Positions 62,901 through 64,000 of a stretch of 64,000 nt of DNA are shown here, in pieces. Source of the DNA: Dipteris shenzhenensis. Taxonomy: Eukaryota. The notes beneath the pieces were generated by a model, which worked only from the letters and a program-made list of their open reading frames with translations, was not told the DNA's origin and did not search any database. The number at the start of each line of letters is the position of its first letter. The first letter of the stretch is position 1. Made by a program: the position numbers and the translations under genes. Where the stretch lies: NCBI GenBank assembly GCA_047967505.1, contig CM106538.1; one strand, 5' to 3'.

Positions 62901-64000
62901 TAAAACTTGTAGAAACTTGAATTTTAAATTTTTCTTTGTTTTTGAATTTAAAATGAGTTTCACTTTCATTTTCAATTTACTAGTTTAATTTAGACTATAA
63001 TGCATTTTGTTTTGGAATATAAAAAGTATAATTTTAATTTTATTACATTTTAAATTAAAATTTTAAAAGTAGTTTAACTTACATTCGTTATTATTACTTT
63101 AATTTATTTCTTTTTAGGGAGAATTAATATATTCTTCTAGGTAAATATTAAATTTTTAATTTTAAGTATTGTTTTCTTTATTTTACGTTATTTTTTCATA
63201 AACTTTAAGTTAAACTACTTTATAGTTTTTATTATTTAAATTCAAATTTATTAAGATTTTAACTTCTTATTAATGTGAATGTTCAATTCTTATGAGTTGT
63301 AAGTAAATTAGTTTTTGAAAATATAAATTTTATCTTTTTTAAAATGAGAAGGGGAAGGGAGAGAGAGAGAAGGGGGGGGCCGCTGCCGCGGCAGCAAGAG
63401 AGAATGGGGGGGGAGAGAGAGAGAAAGGGGTGGGAGGATGGGAGTGGGAGAGGGAGTGGGAATGGGGAAGGTGAAAGAATGGACGTGGGCGTGGGAGTGA
63501 GAATGGGGGAGGTGGGGTGGGAGGATGGGGGCGGTAGTGAGAGAGAAGGGGGGGGAGAGAAGGAGGGGAGAGAGAGAGAAAGGGGTGTGAGTTTAAAAAA
63601 GATAAAATATAAATTTTATCTTTTTTAAACTCACAACCTTAGTGTATTAAAAAGAATAATGGAAAATAGATTATTTTTTGCTTTTAATTCGCAACCTAAG
63701 GATATTAAAAAGAACAATGGAAAAGAAATTATTTCTTGCTTTTCTTCGCTTCGACGGTTGGTGTAGTCTAGATTAACATAGATTAGTTTGTCCTTAGAGG
63801 AGAGAACTCCAAAAAAACCAATCAAAGCCATGCTCAAAATTTTCCGACTAGTTCCTAATCGGAGTCAGTCCATTCGTTCACATTCGGTTTCACAGTCACA
63901 ACAACCCTACCATTTAAGCAACGATTAAGGTTTTTAAACTTTCAAGATGATTGAAAGTTGTATCAGTGGACATGACAGATTACAGTTGTGGAAGTTGATA
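59968..64000. repeat. Direct copy of 1-4441, including the GA tract with CGCTGCCGCGGCAGCG palindromes (60255-62200)
   Basis: Collinear identity with the window start. Confidence 0.95.

Overview
Eukaryotic DNA, most likely from a land plant (TTTAGGG telomere motif, GT-AG introns, many C>T/G>A-type stop codons; a seed-free lineage is only a guess). It is a transposon graveyard with no clearly intact host gene and one 100-N gap at 5043-5142. Main contents: (i) two divergent copies of a ~1250-aa DDE transposase with Sola1/DUF7869-type motifs (7243-11005 +, ~15650-18655 -), each immediately downstream of a telomere-like array; (ii) at least six fragments of two intron-containing CACTA/En-Spm families (called A and B here), including a TnpA-like gene set head-to-head with the transposase; (iii) a Sola2-like transposase exon, a Ty1/copia pol relic, and RING-H2 and Ulp1-like pseudogene fragments; (iv) two inverted ~188-bp tandem arrays, long purine/pyrimidine tracts carrying family-specific palindromes, and several kb-scale direct and inverted duplications. 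The best candidate for an undescribed system is the telomere-repeat-led transposase family. It combines a CACTA-TnpA-like N-terminus, a Sola-like catalytic core and a BAH/Tudor-like C-terminus. One copy is preceded by a 1.2-kb palindrome capped by outward-facing telomere repeats and lies near a divergent RING-H2 relic. All family and domain names come from motif recognition by eye; no database search was run.
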